Assembly (NCBI GenBank): GCA_951406725.2 | Contig: OX597833.1 | Coordinates: 34,844,001 to 34,908,000 of the forward strand | DNA length: 64,000 bases | Source: Octopus vulgaris | Taxonomy: Eukaryota | Direction of reading: 5' to 3' | Notes under the pieces: model-generated | What the model saw: the letters and a program-made list of their open reading frames with translations, nothing else | Told to the model about the DNA's origin: nothing | The model's database searches: none | Shown here: one piece after another, positions 42,260 to 55,554 of the stretch | Layout of the letters: every line of letters starts with the position of its first letter | Numbering within the stretch: position 1 is the stretch's first letter | Position numbers and translations under genes: made by a program

Positions 42260-43110
42260 AGGGAGGGAGGGGGAAGGAGGGAGGGAGAGAGAAAGAGAGG
42301 GGTAGATGGAGATATAGATTGATAGGTAGAAAGAGATATGAAGGCAGTGATTGATAGATAGATATATAGAGAGATTGATATAAAGTAAGAGAGAAACAGA
42401 GATAGCTAGAGAGATATATGATAATAGAGAGAGGGATGGGGATGGAGATAGATAGATAGAGAAAGGGAGAGAGATATGGAGATAGATAGATAGAGATAGA
42501 GAGAGTGAGAGAGAGAGAGAGAAATGGTGATGCAGATAGATAGATATATAGATAACTAGATAGATAGAGAGAGATGGAGATACATAGATAGATAGAGAGA
42601 GAAAGAAAGAGAGATGAGATAGATAGATAGATAGATAGATAGATACAGAAAGAGAGGAGATAGATAGATAAATATATAGAGAGGGAGGGAGAGGAGAGAG
42701 AGTAAGTGAGTGAGAGAGAGAGAGAGAAACAACAGAGCAGTAGCAACAATTACCTGAAAAAAGAAAAAAGAAAAAAAAAGAGCAAGAGCTATTAGGACGA
42801 ACGATGGTCGTTCGTCCGACTACCTGTCTGCATGCCATCGGATCTACTATTTGACCAGAGCTGACCTGCAGCTTATTACTCAGCCATTACTACCTTATAA
42901 AACATCCCCGCCGCCATCATCGCCACCACCAACACTAGTGGCTCCTCCTCCTCCCCTCCCCGCCCCTCCTCCCCCTCACTCCCCACCCCTCCCCCCTCAC
43001 TCCCCTCCTTCTCTTCCTCCTCCCCTCCCCCTCCTCTTCCTCTTCCACTTCTTCCTCTTCCTCTTCCTCCTCCCCTCCTCCTGCTCCTCCTGCTCCTCCT
43101 GCTCCTCATT
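42260..43110. repeat. Low-complexity purine tract (AGAT/AG) followed by a C/T-rich pyrimidine tract
   Basis: Direct reading. Confidence 0.9.
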
Positions 43111-43679
43111 ATCATCAACATATAGTTGTAGTAACAAGAGCTACAGCAACATTGCTATAACTAACCCCTGAAAAAAGAGCCAATGAAGAAGACACCGTGT
43201 TGTGGCTCGATAGGCTAGAAATAACAGAAAAATTCCCTCAAAGTAACATACTATCTTAAAAACAAACGAAGGACACCTTACGTAATATAGTCACACACAG
43301 ACATATATATACATATAAACACATACACATACAAGGATCCCTCTCATTAGGAGAGCACTTCGTTCCGAGAAGCTTATCGTAACGCGAAATCCTGCGGAAT
43401 TAATTTTCCTATTGAGCCTCATGTTATGAGATGATAATACGTTCCGATGATTTTTTCCAAAAGAGCAGGAAGCAACACGACCACTTTTACGCATGGAAAT
43501 AACTATTTCTAAATATACATATGCATGAAAAACCTTTGAGAAGAAACACATCGGGGAAGAAATAAGAATCGTAATATCGTAGTAGCGTAGGTTGTTACCA
43601 CAAAGAATGTCAACTACTGTGTGAGGGACAGTGGTGGTCATGGCTGGTTTTAAGTCAATTCGATAGATTTGCTCAAATT

Positions 43680-44165
43680 GGGTCCCGCGCTAAGAGAGGG
43701 CCCCGCGTACATGCTCGAGCAGAGGCCGCTACGATGAATTAAATATTTCTTAATGTTTTTATTGCTTCGAGGATTTATTCAACAATACCCCTAACGGTCG
43801 TATCAGGTGAAAGAAGTTTTTTTCAAAGCTAAAACTGATTAAAACATACTTACGCTTAACAATTTCACAAGAGAGACATAATCTGACGATGCTATCTATA
43901 GAAAATGACATTGCAAAAATGATTGACATTGAAATGACTTTGAAAGACTTCTCAGATAAAATAGACCAGAAAATGTCTGCTTTCATATGAGCTTTCAATT
44001 TTCGGTATATCATTGTGGCTAATGGTGGAGCCTGAAGCCATCAACGCTTTTTGGCAGGGATCGGTGTACTATACGAAGTATAAAACATCGGTCATTCAGT
44101 TTTTGTAGAGTAGAGGGTCCTACTGACTATTCTCCAATAGGGTCCTGCACTTCCAATCCCCGTCC
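43680..44165 (+). mobile_element. hAT remnant (C-terminal dimerisation domain)
   Basis: FSKLKLIKTYLRLTISQER..LTMLSIENDIAKMID; GGGCCCCGCG subterminal motifs. Confidence 0.8.
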
Positions 44166-44299
44166 TGCTGCTGGTGATGGTGGTGGAATAAGAGTTACTG
44201 GGAATGTGATGAACTCTATCTTCTTTCTGTCTTATAGTTCAATATCACCACCATCTACTTGTAAGACGAAGAGCTTATCCATAATTATCGCGTGCATCC

Positions 44300-44960
44300 C
44301 ATGAATTATAAACAAAAATTGTTTGATGTTTATGGTACGTTATCCGTTCATACACTTTATTGAAGGAACTGAACTTATTGTAAACTCCTAATTTACATGT
44401 TACTTTCATGATTAGGACTGTTATCGCGCCACGAAAACTTGCAGGTCTTCCCCTACATGTGCCAATTCTTGAGTAATATTCTTTGGCGAACTTCTCAGCT
44501 GTATTCTCGGCTTGCCCTTGTTCTAACAACATCGGCCCTTTGTTAGATAAACATTCTCTATGGGACACTAGCAACTCAGCAAGATCATCCTCTACTATTT
44601 ATTAAAATCCTGCATCATTTGCAAGTGTCGCAATATCTTCTCGAATTTAATGTAGACTTTCTGCAACTGGGAAACTAATAAAGTCATGGTTTCAGTCTCG
44701 CCATATATTTTCCAAGGACCTTTCAAAGTTGAGTGTTTCATTTCATTCTAGGACCTAGCTATGCTATCCACAGCATCCATTATGTGGAACTTCTTCCAGA
44801 AGTTCGTAACAGTAGGTTAATGATCCCTGTCAATTGCTTTCATAAGTTATTTGAAAGTACTTCTAATATAATATGCCTTAAAGATAATTATCAAACATTG
44901 ATAAATTAAACCTTTCGAAGGAGACTTTACTTGTCAGGAAAATGTCTTTCATTATTTTCA
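44300..44960 (-). mobile_element. Tigger/pogo transposase C-terminal remnant
   Basis: VTNFWKKFHIMDAVDSIARS*NEMKHSTLKGPW. Confidence 0.65.
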
Positions 44961-45785
44961 TCTTTTTACTGCAAATCACCATACAAACTCATGCTTTTCT
45001 TTTTCGTAATTACCATCATGCTCATCGGTACATCACTTCGAGTGTGATCCTCGATCAACACACCCAAGAGCCGTTCCGTTTTAAGCATCTCGTTATTTCT
45101 ATGAAAAAGTAAGGCCCTGACATGACACGAGATTAAACAACAGGAACAATAGCAGTAATAAGGACAACAGCAAAAAAGAAAAAAAACAACAAAAATCCTC
45201 CCAGAACAAACAACTCCCACAAAAAACAACAGATTTGTGGTTGGCGCCTGGTCGTTCGTTCAGCTACCTGCATGCCATCGTGCAGCTGCTTGACCACAGG
45301 TGACTTGGAACTGTACAACCCCCACCATCTTATCATCATCCTCATCATCATTCTTCTCCTCATCCTCATCAATATCATCATCATTGCCATCATTACCAAC
45401 ATTATCTTCGTCATTGTCATCACATTAGAATCGTTATAATTATCTTTACTTACGTTATACTCTCGCAATTAATGATTTTAACAAGTACAATACCACAGAT
45501 TTATGAGGTAAAATGAAGATAAAGCTGACTGGGGATCAGGCATGGCTGAATGGTTTAGAATCGCTGTCTTTACTTCTTCAGTCAGATCCCGTTGCTCAGC
45601 TCCACCAATACGCAAGTACGTTCTACAAAAGTCAAGGTTTGCCGCAAAACCTTGTGAATGAAATTGGGTAGGCCGTAATTCTGCATAAGAATGGTGTAAT
45701 AAGCTTATGGTGTAATCTCACACTGATTCTGTCTGAGGATTATGTGAATTGCGTAAGAGATTGTATTACCATATACAACCGTAAG

Positions 45786-46370
45786 ACGGCGAGTTGGCAG
45801 AATCGTTAGCACACCAGGTAAAATGCTATGCGGCATTTCGTCCAGTTCAAATTCCGCCGAGGTCGACTTTGCCTTTCATCCTTTCGAGGTTGATAAAATA
45901 AGTACCAGTTGAGCACTGGGATGGATGTAACCTTTAGCAGAACCTTTAGCACGTCGAGCAAAATGCTTAGCAGCATTTCATTCGTCTTTACGTTCTGAGT
46001 TCAAATTCCGACGAGGTTGATTTTGCCTTTCATCCTTTCAGGGCTAATAAAATAAGTACCAGTTGCGTACTGGGTCGATGTAATGGATTTAACCTCTCCC
46101 TCGAACTTGCTGGCTTTGTGCCAAAATTTGAAACCATTACTATGTATAACCAGAAGGTGGCGAGCGGGCAGACTCGTAGCAGACCGAACAAAATGCTTAG
46201 CGGCATTTCGTCTGTCTTTACATTCTGTGTTCGAACGTTGCCATGGTCGACTTTGCCTTTCATCCTGTTGGAGTCGATAAAATAGGCACCCATTGAGGAT
46301 TGAGGTCGATGTTATTGATTACCTCCCTCCCTAGAATTTCAGGCTTTGTACCTATAGCAGAAGGATTACT
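45786..46370 (+). mobile_element. Cluster of three head-to-tail SINE family B copies
   Basis: The central domain appears three times, at about 45865, 46020 and 46250. Confidence 0.85.
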
Positions 46371-46658
46371 ATATACAACTATTTATAACTCAACTATTTA
46401 TGACTCAATGTTCCATTGGATGAACAACTGGAATACTTATCAACGAAGCCGGAATCGTTAGAGAGGCAGACAAAATGTCCTGCAGCATTTATTGTTATTC
46501 TTTATGTAGAGATTTCAAATCACACCGTAGTCAGCTCTGAATTTTATCTCTTCAGAATCGCTAAAAAAAAGTATCCGTCAAGCACCTGGGAAAATTTGAT
46601 AAACTAAAAACACATAAAAAATAAAACAAAATAGAAAAAAGCACTTGTATCTGTATTA

Positions 46659-47224
46659 TTGGGTTGTCCGGAAAGTTCGTGCCGATTAATAATAGCTTAA
46701 CTTTCGACTTATTTTAGAACATGGTTGAGTCCATAAAATAGGATTTGACTACACCTCCATTTAGAGCACAGTTTAAGCTATATTTTCGTGGAAGAAGGTT
46801 TATGTTCCTATAACCTGTGTTAATTCTCTAACCCTTTAAAATGGATGATAAGAAAGTTCATTTTCGGCACTTGATGCTTTGGGAACCAGACAAAAATTGC
46901 TGCAGCTCGGCTGGGATGTGTTACCCCACCCTCCATATTCACCAGATATTGCTCCTTCAGATTTCCACTAATTCAGGTCTCTGTAGAATAGTCTTAATGG
47001 TAAAAATTTCAATTCCTTGGATGACGTAAAAAGATACCTTGATGAATTCTTTGCCATAAAACCACCTCAATTCTGGGAAGAGGGTATTTTCAAGTTAAAG
47101 GAAAGATGGAGACGCATTGTACAACAAAATGGTTCATATTTGGTTGATTAAAAATGTAACGGCAAGTATTTATTGACCTTTTTCTTTCCTTTAAAAATCG
47201 GTACGAACTTTCCGGACAACCTAA
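46659..47224 (+). mobile_element. Internally deleted mariner with intact TIRs
   Basis: TA-TTGGGTTGTCCGGAAAGTTCGTGCCGATT ... AATCGGTACGAACTTTCCGGACAACCTAA-TA; MDDKKVHFRHLMLWE joined directly to LGWDVLPHPPYSPDIAPSDFH. Confidence 0.92.
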
Positions 47225-48142
47225 TAGAAATAATTGGTGGTGGTTAGGTAGAAACGTTCGAGCATCGGACAATTTCAGGGAAGGGAATAAATTGATTACG
47301 TTGACCCCAGTGCGCAACTGGTACTTATTTTATAGACACCCCGAAAGGATAAAAGGCAAAGTTGACTACGGCTGAATTTGAACTCAGAATGCAAAGACGG
47401 ACGAAATGTTGCTAAGTATTTTGTCAGGCGCGGTAACGATTCTGCCAGCTCACTGCACAACAAAGCATAATGATAATAGTAATAATAATAACTCCCTACC
47501 GAGGTAATAGTTGGCATTCACTGTATTCACCACCGAAAAATGAAAGCCAATGTCAGCATTAGCAAATTGGAACGCAAAGCGATGAGTCCGATGTGATATT
47601 GCTTCTATCATACCATCGTTCTTCTAAAGTGATTTTTTAGACTGGAATGAATGTCACATACAAGGTGGTAGCAAACCATCCCCGGACTTATTCTGTAGCA
47701 CGCCAACAAATGGCAGTACATGGTTGTGTGCGCAGTGAGAGCTAGCAGTGACCTTCATGAGGCAGCGTGCCGAGTGACGTCGCCGTGTTTACTTCGCAAG
47801 TCGTGAAATTTATATTTTTGTGATCACGTGCATTCTGTAGTCTATGATTTTATTGCCGTACGCAATGTTTCGAATGGCATGGGCGCTTCAAAAGCGGAAG
47901 AACGTCCCTAGAAGATGATGAGCGATCTCGAATACCCACCACGAACGTCACCCCCGGAAGTGTGGAAAAAAATTCATCATGTTGTGCATGAGAATCGTCG
48001 GAAAGTCAACGACATTGCTGATGATGTTGGTCTGTCGTATGGGTCCGTGCAAGCAATCTTAACGTCTGTATTGAACATGTGGCTTGTCTCTGCTCAGTTT
48101 GTCCCCTGTATGCTGACCACGGAGCAGAAACAACATCGCATT

Positions 48143-48722
48143 AAGGCGCCGATCTGGCAGAAATGCTTAGCGGTATTTCGCCTGCCGTTACGTTGAGTTC
48201 AAATTTCGCCGAGGACGACTTTGCCTTTCATCCTTTCGGGGTCGATTAAATAAGTACCAGTTACGCACTGGGGTCGATGTAATCGACTTAATCCGTTTGT
48301 CTGTCCTTGTTTTTCCCCTCAGTGTTTGACCCCTTGCTGGTAGTAAAGAAATAGGCATTTCCTCTGCCGTTACGTTCTGAGTTCAAATTCCGCCGAGGTT
48401 GACTTTGCCTTTTATTCTTTCGGGGTCGATAAATTAAGTACCAGTTACGCACTGGGGTCGATGTAATCGACTTAATCCGTTTGTCTGTCCTTGTTTGTCC
48501 TCTCTGTGTTTAGCCCCTTGTGGGTAGTAAAGAAATAGGTATTTCGTCTGCCGTTACGTTCTGAGTTCAAATACCACCGAGGTTGACTTTGCCTTTCAAC
48601 TTTTCGGGGTCGATAAATTAAGTACCAGTTACGCACTGGGGTTGATGTAATCGACTTAATCCGTCTGTCTGTCCTTTTTTGTCCCCTCTGTGTTTAGCCC
48701 CTTGTGGGCAATAAAGAAATAA
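48143..48722 (+). mobile_element. SINE family B with triplicated 184-bp body
   Basis: Units start at 48172, 48354 and 48538; a single TSD AGAAACAAC(A/G)TCGCAT flanks the whole. Confidence 0.9.
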
Positions 48723-49391
48723 GAAACAACGTCGCATCGAAGTCTGTCAAGGGATCCGTCAGCATGCCACTGGTGACCTATCCTTCATGTTGAGGATCAT
48801 CACCAGTGAGGAGAGTTGGGTCTACTTGTACGACTCTGAGACGAAGCAACAGTCATCAAGAATGGAAGAGCCGTTCATCTCCACGACTGAATAGAGCACG
48901 ACAGACCCGCAACTCAATCAAGAGCATGCTCATCGTTTTTTACGATGTGCATCGAGAATTTGTTCCCCTGAGCCAGACTATCAATCGAGAGTTCTTCTGC
49001 GACTGGTTCTGTGGAGTGCGAAGAATTGGATTCTTGACGATGACAATGCACACTGTCATCGAGCTCTCTTCACTCGTGAGTTTCTCGCGCAAAACAACAT
49101 GGTATTGTTTCCTCACCTGCCCTATTCACCAGATTTAGCACCTGCGGACTTCCATCTCTTTCCCAAGATGAAAATGCAGCTCAAGACCGCCATTTTAACA
49201 CCGTTGTCAAGATCAAGAAGGATTAGCAGAGAGTCCTCGACTCGCTTACGAAAACAACTTCCAAACCCGATCCCAAAAGTAGCAGGAATGCTGGGACCGG
49301 TGTATTGCTGCGAAATACTATTTCGAAGGAGATGACTATTTCGAAGGAGATGATGTTAAATTGTAAATAAGTTATTTTTTATTAAACAAGT

Positions 49392-49720
49392 GAAGGCGCA
49401 TGGCTCAGTGGTTAGAGCGTCGAGCTTACGATTGTGAGGTTGTGAGTTGTGTTCTTGAGCAAGACACTTTATTTCACGTTGCTCCAGTTCACTCAGCTGT
49501 AGAAATGAGTTGCGACATCACTGGTGCCAAGCAATATTGGCCTTTGCCTTTGCCTTGGATAACATCGGTGGCGTGGAAAGGGGAGGCTGGTATGCCTGGG
49601 CGACTGTTGGTATTCCACAAACGACCTTGCCCGGTCTTGTGCCTCGGAATGTAACTTTCTAGGTGCAATCCCATGGTTATTCGTGACCGAAGGGGGTCTT
49701 TACTCCTTACTCCTTTTACC
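49392..49720 (+). mobile_element. SINE family C
   Basis: GAAGGCGCATGGCTCAGTGGTTAGAGCG head; matches 62651-62987. Confidence 0.85.
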
Positions 49721-49896
49721 CCTGTTAAGCATAACTAGTCCGAACACTTTTTGATACCACCTCGTATTAGTCAAAATCGGCATCGTTGAATACAGGGAGC
49801 CAAAGTTAAATACTTTAATATATCCATTTGGCGTTTCTACTTTTTGAACCAGTTTGCTACATTAATTTCAGTACTGATATCAAGACGGATACATTT

Positions 49897-49957
<61 letters not shown>

Positions 49958-50037
49958 ATATTGAACACCAAGAAGAGAATGGAGATTTGTTCACATCCAA
50001 AACTTTTTCATTAGAAAGTTTTTACAGCATATATAAT

Positions 50038-50130
50038 AATGACTAACATATGTTTCTACTGCAGCGACTGCACATCGCTCTGTATGCAATTATGCATCCT
50101 AGTCGCTGCAATTTCATAAAGGGTCCATCA
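50038..50130 (-). ncRNA. Degenerate type-I hammerhead motif downstream of a Penelope ORF end
   Basis: Minus strand: CTTTATGA, then stem TGCAGCGACT/AGTCGCTGCA, then GAAAC-ATAT-GTT; KYINVLEPRFN lies upstream at 50256-50288. Confidence 0.5.
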
Positions 50131-50959
50131 CTTACGGCGTTTTCAGAGTGAACTAATTCAAACAAGCAAGCTTCCTGCGTTGGTATTCAGTTGATAGCGT
50201 TACTTTTTGAATCGAATTGAATTCTGGTCTTATAATCACCTTTCCTGTTATTATAGTTAAATCGTGGTTCTAAAACGTTAATGTATTTTACAGTTAATTG
50301 TATCAGCTTTGTTTCCATTTTACTGTATGGAGTACATTATCTATTCAGAGTTATCGAATGCCTTGCTTAAATCAACAAAACAATGGTTTGGGGCAAGATT
50401 CTGTTCAATGCACTTTTTTGCGCTCAAATCTCATTTGCAGGCCCATGAAAAACGAACATCCACCAACTACTTTACTATATATCTGTGCACATCCTTGGAT
50501 GCCGTGTATGCCATTAGGTCAGCAAATCTAACGGATGCCTCAAAAGACATTTTAAGATAGACAAAGATCAGAACTTAACTGCAGCTCCCAGTGATCCAAA
50601 TCAGACATGCAATCTATGTGTGTGTCTTTTCAATACATTGTCTGGTTTAAAAAGCCATATGGAACGCCATAATGGCGCAGTTCAATGACTGACACAAGTA
50701 AAAATTAAAAAGTGTATATATATATATATACACATACATATATAAGGAAAATGGACAGAAATTTTATGTTAGGCAATATATATATATATTTATGAAATAT
50801 GTTTACATTGTCGACTGATTTCGCTTATGCTAATCATGTTTAGGTTGTAGAGAGTAGTAAGTAGATTAATATTAAGGAGACCCTGCTTTAGAAGTGACTC
50901 AATTTGAATCTGTTAAATGCACTTTAATTCTTTTACTTTTATCATAGTTTATTGTACCT

Positions 50960-51370
50960 GGTTGTGTATTAAGAACTTTACTTCCAAACCATATGGTTCT
51001 GGTTTCAATCTCACTGTGTGACATCTTGAGTAAGTATCTTCTACTATAGCCCCGGGTCGACCAAAGCCTTGTGAGTACATTTGGCAGATAGAAATTGAAA
51101 GAAATCCGTCGTACACACACACTTATGTATGTATTTTATACACACACGCCACACAGGCATATTCTTCTCTGTGTGTGTGTGTGTGTACGGTTGTCCCCAT
51201 TGACAACCAGTCCTGGTTTGTTTACATCCCAGTAACTTAGCAATTTCGTATAAGAGACCGATAGAATAAGTAACAGTATTAAAAAAGGAATACCGAAATC
51301 GATTCATTCGACCAAATCTCTACAACTCGGTGCCTCAGTATCTGTAGTTCAATGACAGAAGCAAGTAAAA
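50960..51370 (+). mobile_element. SINE family A (diverged)
   Basis: Head, CORE-like box, internal microsatellite and tail. Confidence 0.8.
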
Positions 51371-51557
51371 GGGAGAAAGATATATATATATTTAGACTAT
51401 CACCAGAAAACCAGAAAATCCAGAAATCCGATGCAAACTCATTTTGCAAGATTCTTGTACACATAACTTATCAAGATCTGAAGCAAAGATATTGCTTCTA
51501 GTCCACGGGTTTTAGAGTACATATCTATTTCTTTCATGCAAAATTATACATGGGTGC

Positions 51558-51708
51558 CTACGTTCTGAGTTCAAATTCCGCCGAGGTTGACTTTGCCTTT
51601 AATGTTTTCGGGGTCGATAAATTAAGTACCAGTTGCGTACTGAGGTCGATCTAATCAACTGGCCCCACCTCCTCCAAAATTTCGGGCCTTGTGCCTAGAG
51701 TTGAAAAG
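51558..51708 (+). mobile_element. 5'-truncated SINE family B
   Basis: TSD AATTATACATGGG on both sides. Confidence 0.85.
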
Positions 51709-51765
51709 AATTATACATGGGCGCATGTATGTGCGTGTGTACTGGTGTGCACGTGAGTATGTGAA

Positions 51766-51797
<32 letters not shown>

Positions 51798-53771
51798 TGT
51801 GTGTGTGAGTGTGTGTGTGCGCGCGCGTGTGTCCGTACATGTATATTGAACTCGTGGCGTCGCATTTAAGAATTTCGTTGATCGTATCGACTCCAGTATA
51901 CATTCAGTCTGCTACTTATTTTAATGACGTCTGAAGGACTCCACACACACACTTCTACGCACAGACGTTCGCACACATATGCACACGCGCCTAACCGTGC
52001 GCACATACACGGTCACAGACGTCTCACGGGTTCCTACCAACCCACAAAATATTGGTCAACCCGGAAATGTACCCAGAACGGCGTTGTTGCGAAGCAAACT
52101 TTTTAACCTTAGACATAAGGCCACACACACATGCATGTATGTGTATCTACGTGTATATGTATGCATGCATATGCACCTTTCCATATATATATCTATCAAT
52201 GTATATATGCATGCATGGATATATGCATGAACGTATGTATATGAGTATACACACACACACACACACGTATATATAAATAGAAAGATATACATTAAAATTT
52301 ATACACGTGTGTTTATATACACACACACACACACATATACATATATAAACATACAAGCACGTCCACATATCACACATATCTATACCTCCACATGCACGTA
52401 TTTATACATATTTATGTAATATATATCTATATTCATTAACGTATACATATATATATATCGATGTATATGTGTCTGCGTGTATGTAAGCATATATATATAT
52501 GTATGTATATATGTATTCATATATATATATATATATGTGTACATATATATATATACATACATACTTACAAAAGATATATAACACACATATATACATGCAT
52601 ATGCGTGTGCGTATGTTAACGTCTGTTAATACACTCCTAATTTATTTACGCCTCACCATCTCTCATAAAGATGTTAGACGATGCATCGTTCAATTGCACG
52701 TCACGTCATAGTGAAATGCAACGTAGGTAGACATTAAAATAGAACATGCACACTCATTTGTGCACACTGTGCATGCATAAATTACAGCTGTCGATGCACA
52801 TTACATGACTGCATGTCTGGCGCTGTCTGGCACAGACAGCCTCAGTTGTTTCCACTAGCCATGTTGCTGTTGCAGTGATTCATACAAACCTGCATTAAAT
52901 GCACATCATAGATGTGACTCATGGTGACTCTGGTATGTTTTAAAAACGTTAGGTTATCTGAATTCTTGGTTCGATTTTCCTTCCTAACTTCAGACTTCGC
53001 ATCCTGCTGGCTATTTCTGCGTGTACGTCTATGTTTGTACGCTTGAGTGTGTATGTATGTATGCGTGCTTCTCTATTACTAGTTTCGATATGGTACTGAA
53101 CAGTATTTATTATATTATGTTTATTAGAATTTTGTTTATTTTGTTGCTATTTCATTAATAAAATTTACGCGCACACAGACATGTGCGATTGTATATGCAT
53201 GTTACAAATATGTGCGCGCGCGAGTGTATGATTTTTCTTTGAGTTTTATTTAAGTTCTTGTGAGAATTCAAGCCGCTCCCTAACGAAGTGACAAGACATT
53301 TTGAATTAAGAGAGTGTCTGGTGTTTGTAAATCTGTGGCAGAGTTGGTGTGTTGGTTGAAGTGTCAATGCTTAAACCCAAGCATGTGCATTGTATTCGCA
53401 TAAGAATCTCAGACGTAGAATTTTTCGAATGTCTTACAAATCTTCACTGTGCCACTAATAGATTGGAAATATGTATGTATTAAACCATTGGGAGTGAAGG
53501 ACTCCTAGCCTTTGTTAGGGCATCCTTCTAGGAGAAGGTAACTCAGGTAACTGGGATAACTCCGATATAAAACTTGCGGCTCAGTGGTTACCTAAGACGT
53601 TGACTTGTTCTTCTTTTCGGATTATGGCTGCTGTTGCTTAGTGAGTGGGATTGACTCAGTGCACAGCCTTTCCCCACTTAAAAAAAAATATTTTTGCACA
53701 GGCATTGCACGATAACAACATTGATTAAGCTTTGTGCAATGGCCATACTCGATAACGACGGGGCAGCCACC

Positions 53772-54233
53772 ATGTATGTATGTATGTATGTATGTATGTA
53801 TGTATGTATGTATGTATGTATGTATGTATGTATGTATGTATGTCTCTTCTACTTTTTAATTATTATAAATATTCCACTAAGAAGGGAGCCGGTTTCCAAC
53901 AAAGAGACAAGGCTCCATCTTTGGGATGTAGTTAACACAGACAAATTCACATTTGAAACTTGAGAAAAGTCTTGCATATTTTTACTGTTCCACTCACAGA
54001 TTGCACTCGTAATGTTCGAATTAGCCGATAGATTTCTCTTACTGAAAATTCCAGTTTATCCAGATTCTTCATTAAGCATTTACTAACAAAACATAGTGCA
54101 CCAATTATTATTGGTATGAATATGAATTCATAGTCTGGATATAGAAGCTGGAGGTTTCGAAGCAGTTGTCCATAGATATCCTTCTTTGATTTTCAAAGAG
54201 ATATTTATACACACACGCCACACAGGCATATTC

Positions 54234-54275
<42 letters not shown>

Positions 54276-54610
54276 ACGGTTGTCCCCAGTTCCGATTGAC
54301 AACCAGTCCTGATAGGGGCATCTGACCCCTATCACGGTACACACCTTTGCCCCTCTGCCTCAAAATATTCCGCCAGTATTCTTTGAGCTGGTATTTGCGA
54401 ATGTATTCCATAACAGAAGGATTTTCTAAGTTTATTTCAGGACAATCTCTTTTGCAGATGGCATTGTAAATTGGTTTAGCGACAACATAGTACTGCATAG
54501 GGAGGTAGTACCGTGATGACATTTTAGGACAGTTGCTAATCACATGCGTGATGTCTTCCACAGAAATATGACATAGCCTGCAATTCCTGTCTGTATTAGG
54601 GCATTTTTTA
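53772..54610 (-). mobile_element. R4/Dong-like 3' fragment with (TACA)n tail
   Basis: CRLCHISVEDITHVISNCPKMSSRYYL knuckle, homologous to 18290-18400; 3' UTR as in the 5135 copy. Confidence 0.85.
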
Positions 54611-54614
54611 GGCA

Positions 54615-55135
54615 ATCCTTAAACCTTAGTTTAGGCTTAAACGTTGGACTCCTGCCATCTTCCAGCTCACCATACAATAGCTGCTTGGGCAGTCGCTCAT
54701 CACTCATCCTTACCAAATGTCCCCCTCCACCTCAAACGTCTTTGAAAAATCATTTACTCTATACTTTTATTGCCACTCCTCTCAAGCACTTCCACATTAC
54801 CAATGCCCATTTTCCAGTTTATCCCCCAAATTTTTTCTCAGTCAGTATTGATGAAATCGTTCCAATTAGCTTACCTGCCTACGGCAAACAACCCATGCCG
54901 CGTTTCCATATAGCAAAGATGGGAGGACGCATGTGTTATACACCTTAACTTATTTCGAGCAATGTGCTCGAAATAAGGTGTAGAACAGCCGACAAATGAT
55001 GAAGGGTCGCTTTTATGTTACTTGTCTTGTTTTCCATTTGTTTCTCTCGTTCTTTGCGTACCCAACTTTACTTTCGTATTTCATGTTGTTTACGTTTTAT
55101 GACGTACGACTCATATGTGCATACCTATATACATA
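54615..55135 (+). mobile_element. Probable Penelope-like 3' end and terminal repeat remnant
   Basis: SSPYN...EK..LLY-like debris, followed by structured sequence related to 38070-38240. Confidence 0.4.
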
Positions 55136-55269
55136 TATATATGTATGTACGCATATATCTATATATTATATTATTATTTGATTGAACGCCACGCATCCAT
55201 TTCCAAATAAGTTTGTCTATACACACACACACACACACATATATATATACATATATATATGCATATGCT

Positions 55270-55467
55270 CTTTGCTCTTGCTCTTTTGCTTGTTTCAGTC
55301 ATTTGACTGCGGCCATGCTGAAACACCGCCTTTAGTCGTGCAAATCGACCCCAGGACTTATTCTTTGTAAGCCTAGTACTTATTCTATCGGTCTCTTCCG
55401 CCGAACCGGTAAATGACGGGGACATAAACACATCAGCATTGGTTGTCAAGCAATGCTAGGGGGACGA

Positions 55468-55554
<87 letters not shown>

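Larger units (their letters stand above)
47661..49764 (+). mobile_element. Mariner, degenerate, containing two SINE insertions
   Basis: TIRs C(A/G)AGGTGGTA.CAAA..CGGACT with TA TSDs; FVPCMLTTEQKQ, IITSEESWVY, PYSPDLAPADFHLFPKMK. Confidence 0.9.

Noticed and set aside
42851-43171. Proline-rich or RG-rich ORFs
   Set aside because: Low-complexity C/T tract with no splice or domain evidence.
52640-53460. TGCATG cluster and possible small exon
   Set aside because: The motif arises easily from decayed (TG)/(CA)/(TA) repeats, and the splice sites are weak.
53490-53560. Possible HDV-like ribozyme in a LINE 5' UTR-like segment (related motif at 36780-36815)
   Set aside because: I could not assemble the nested double pseudoknot by eye.
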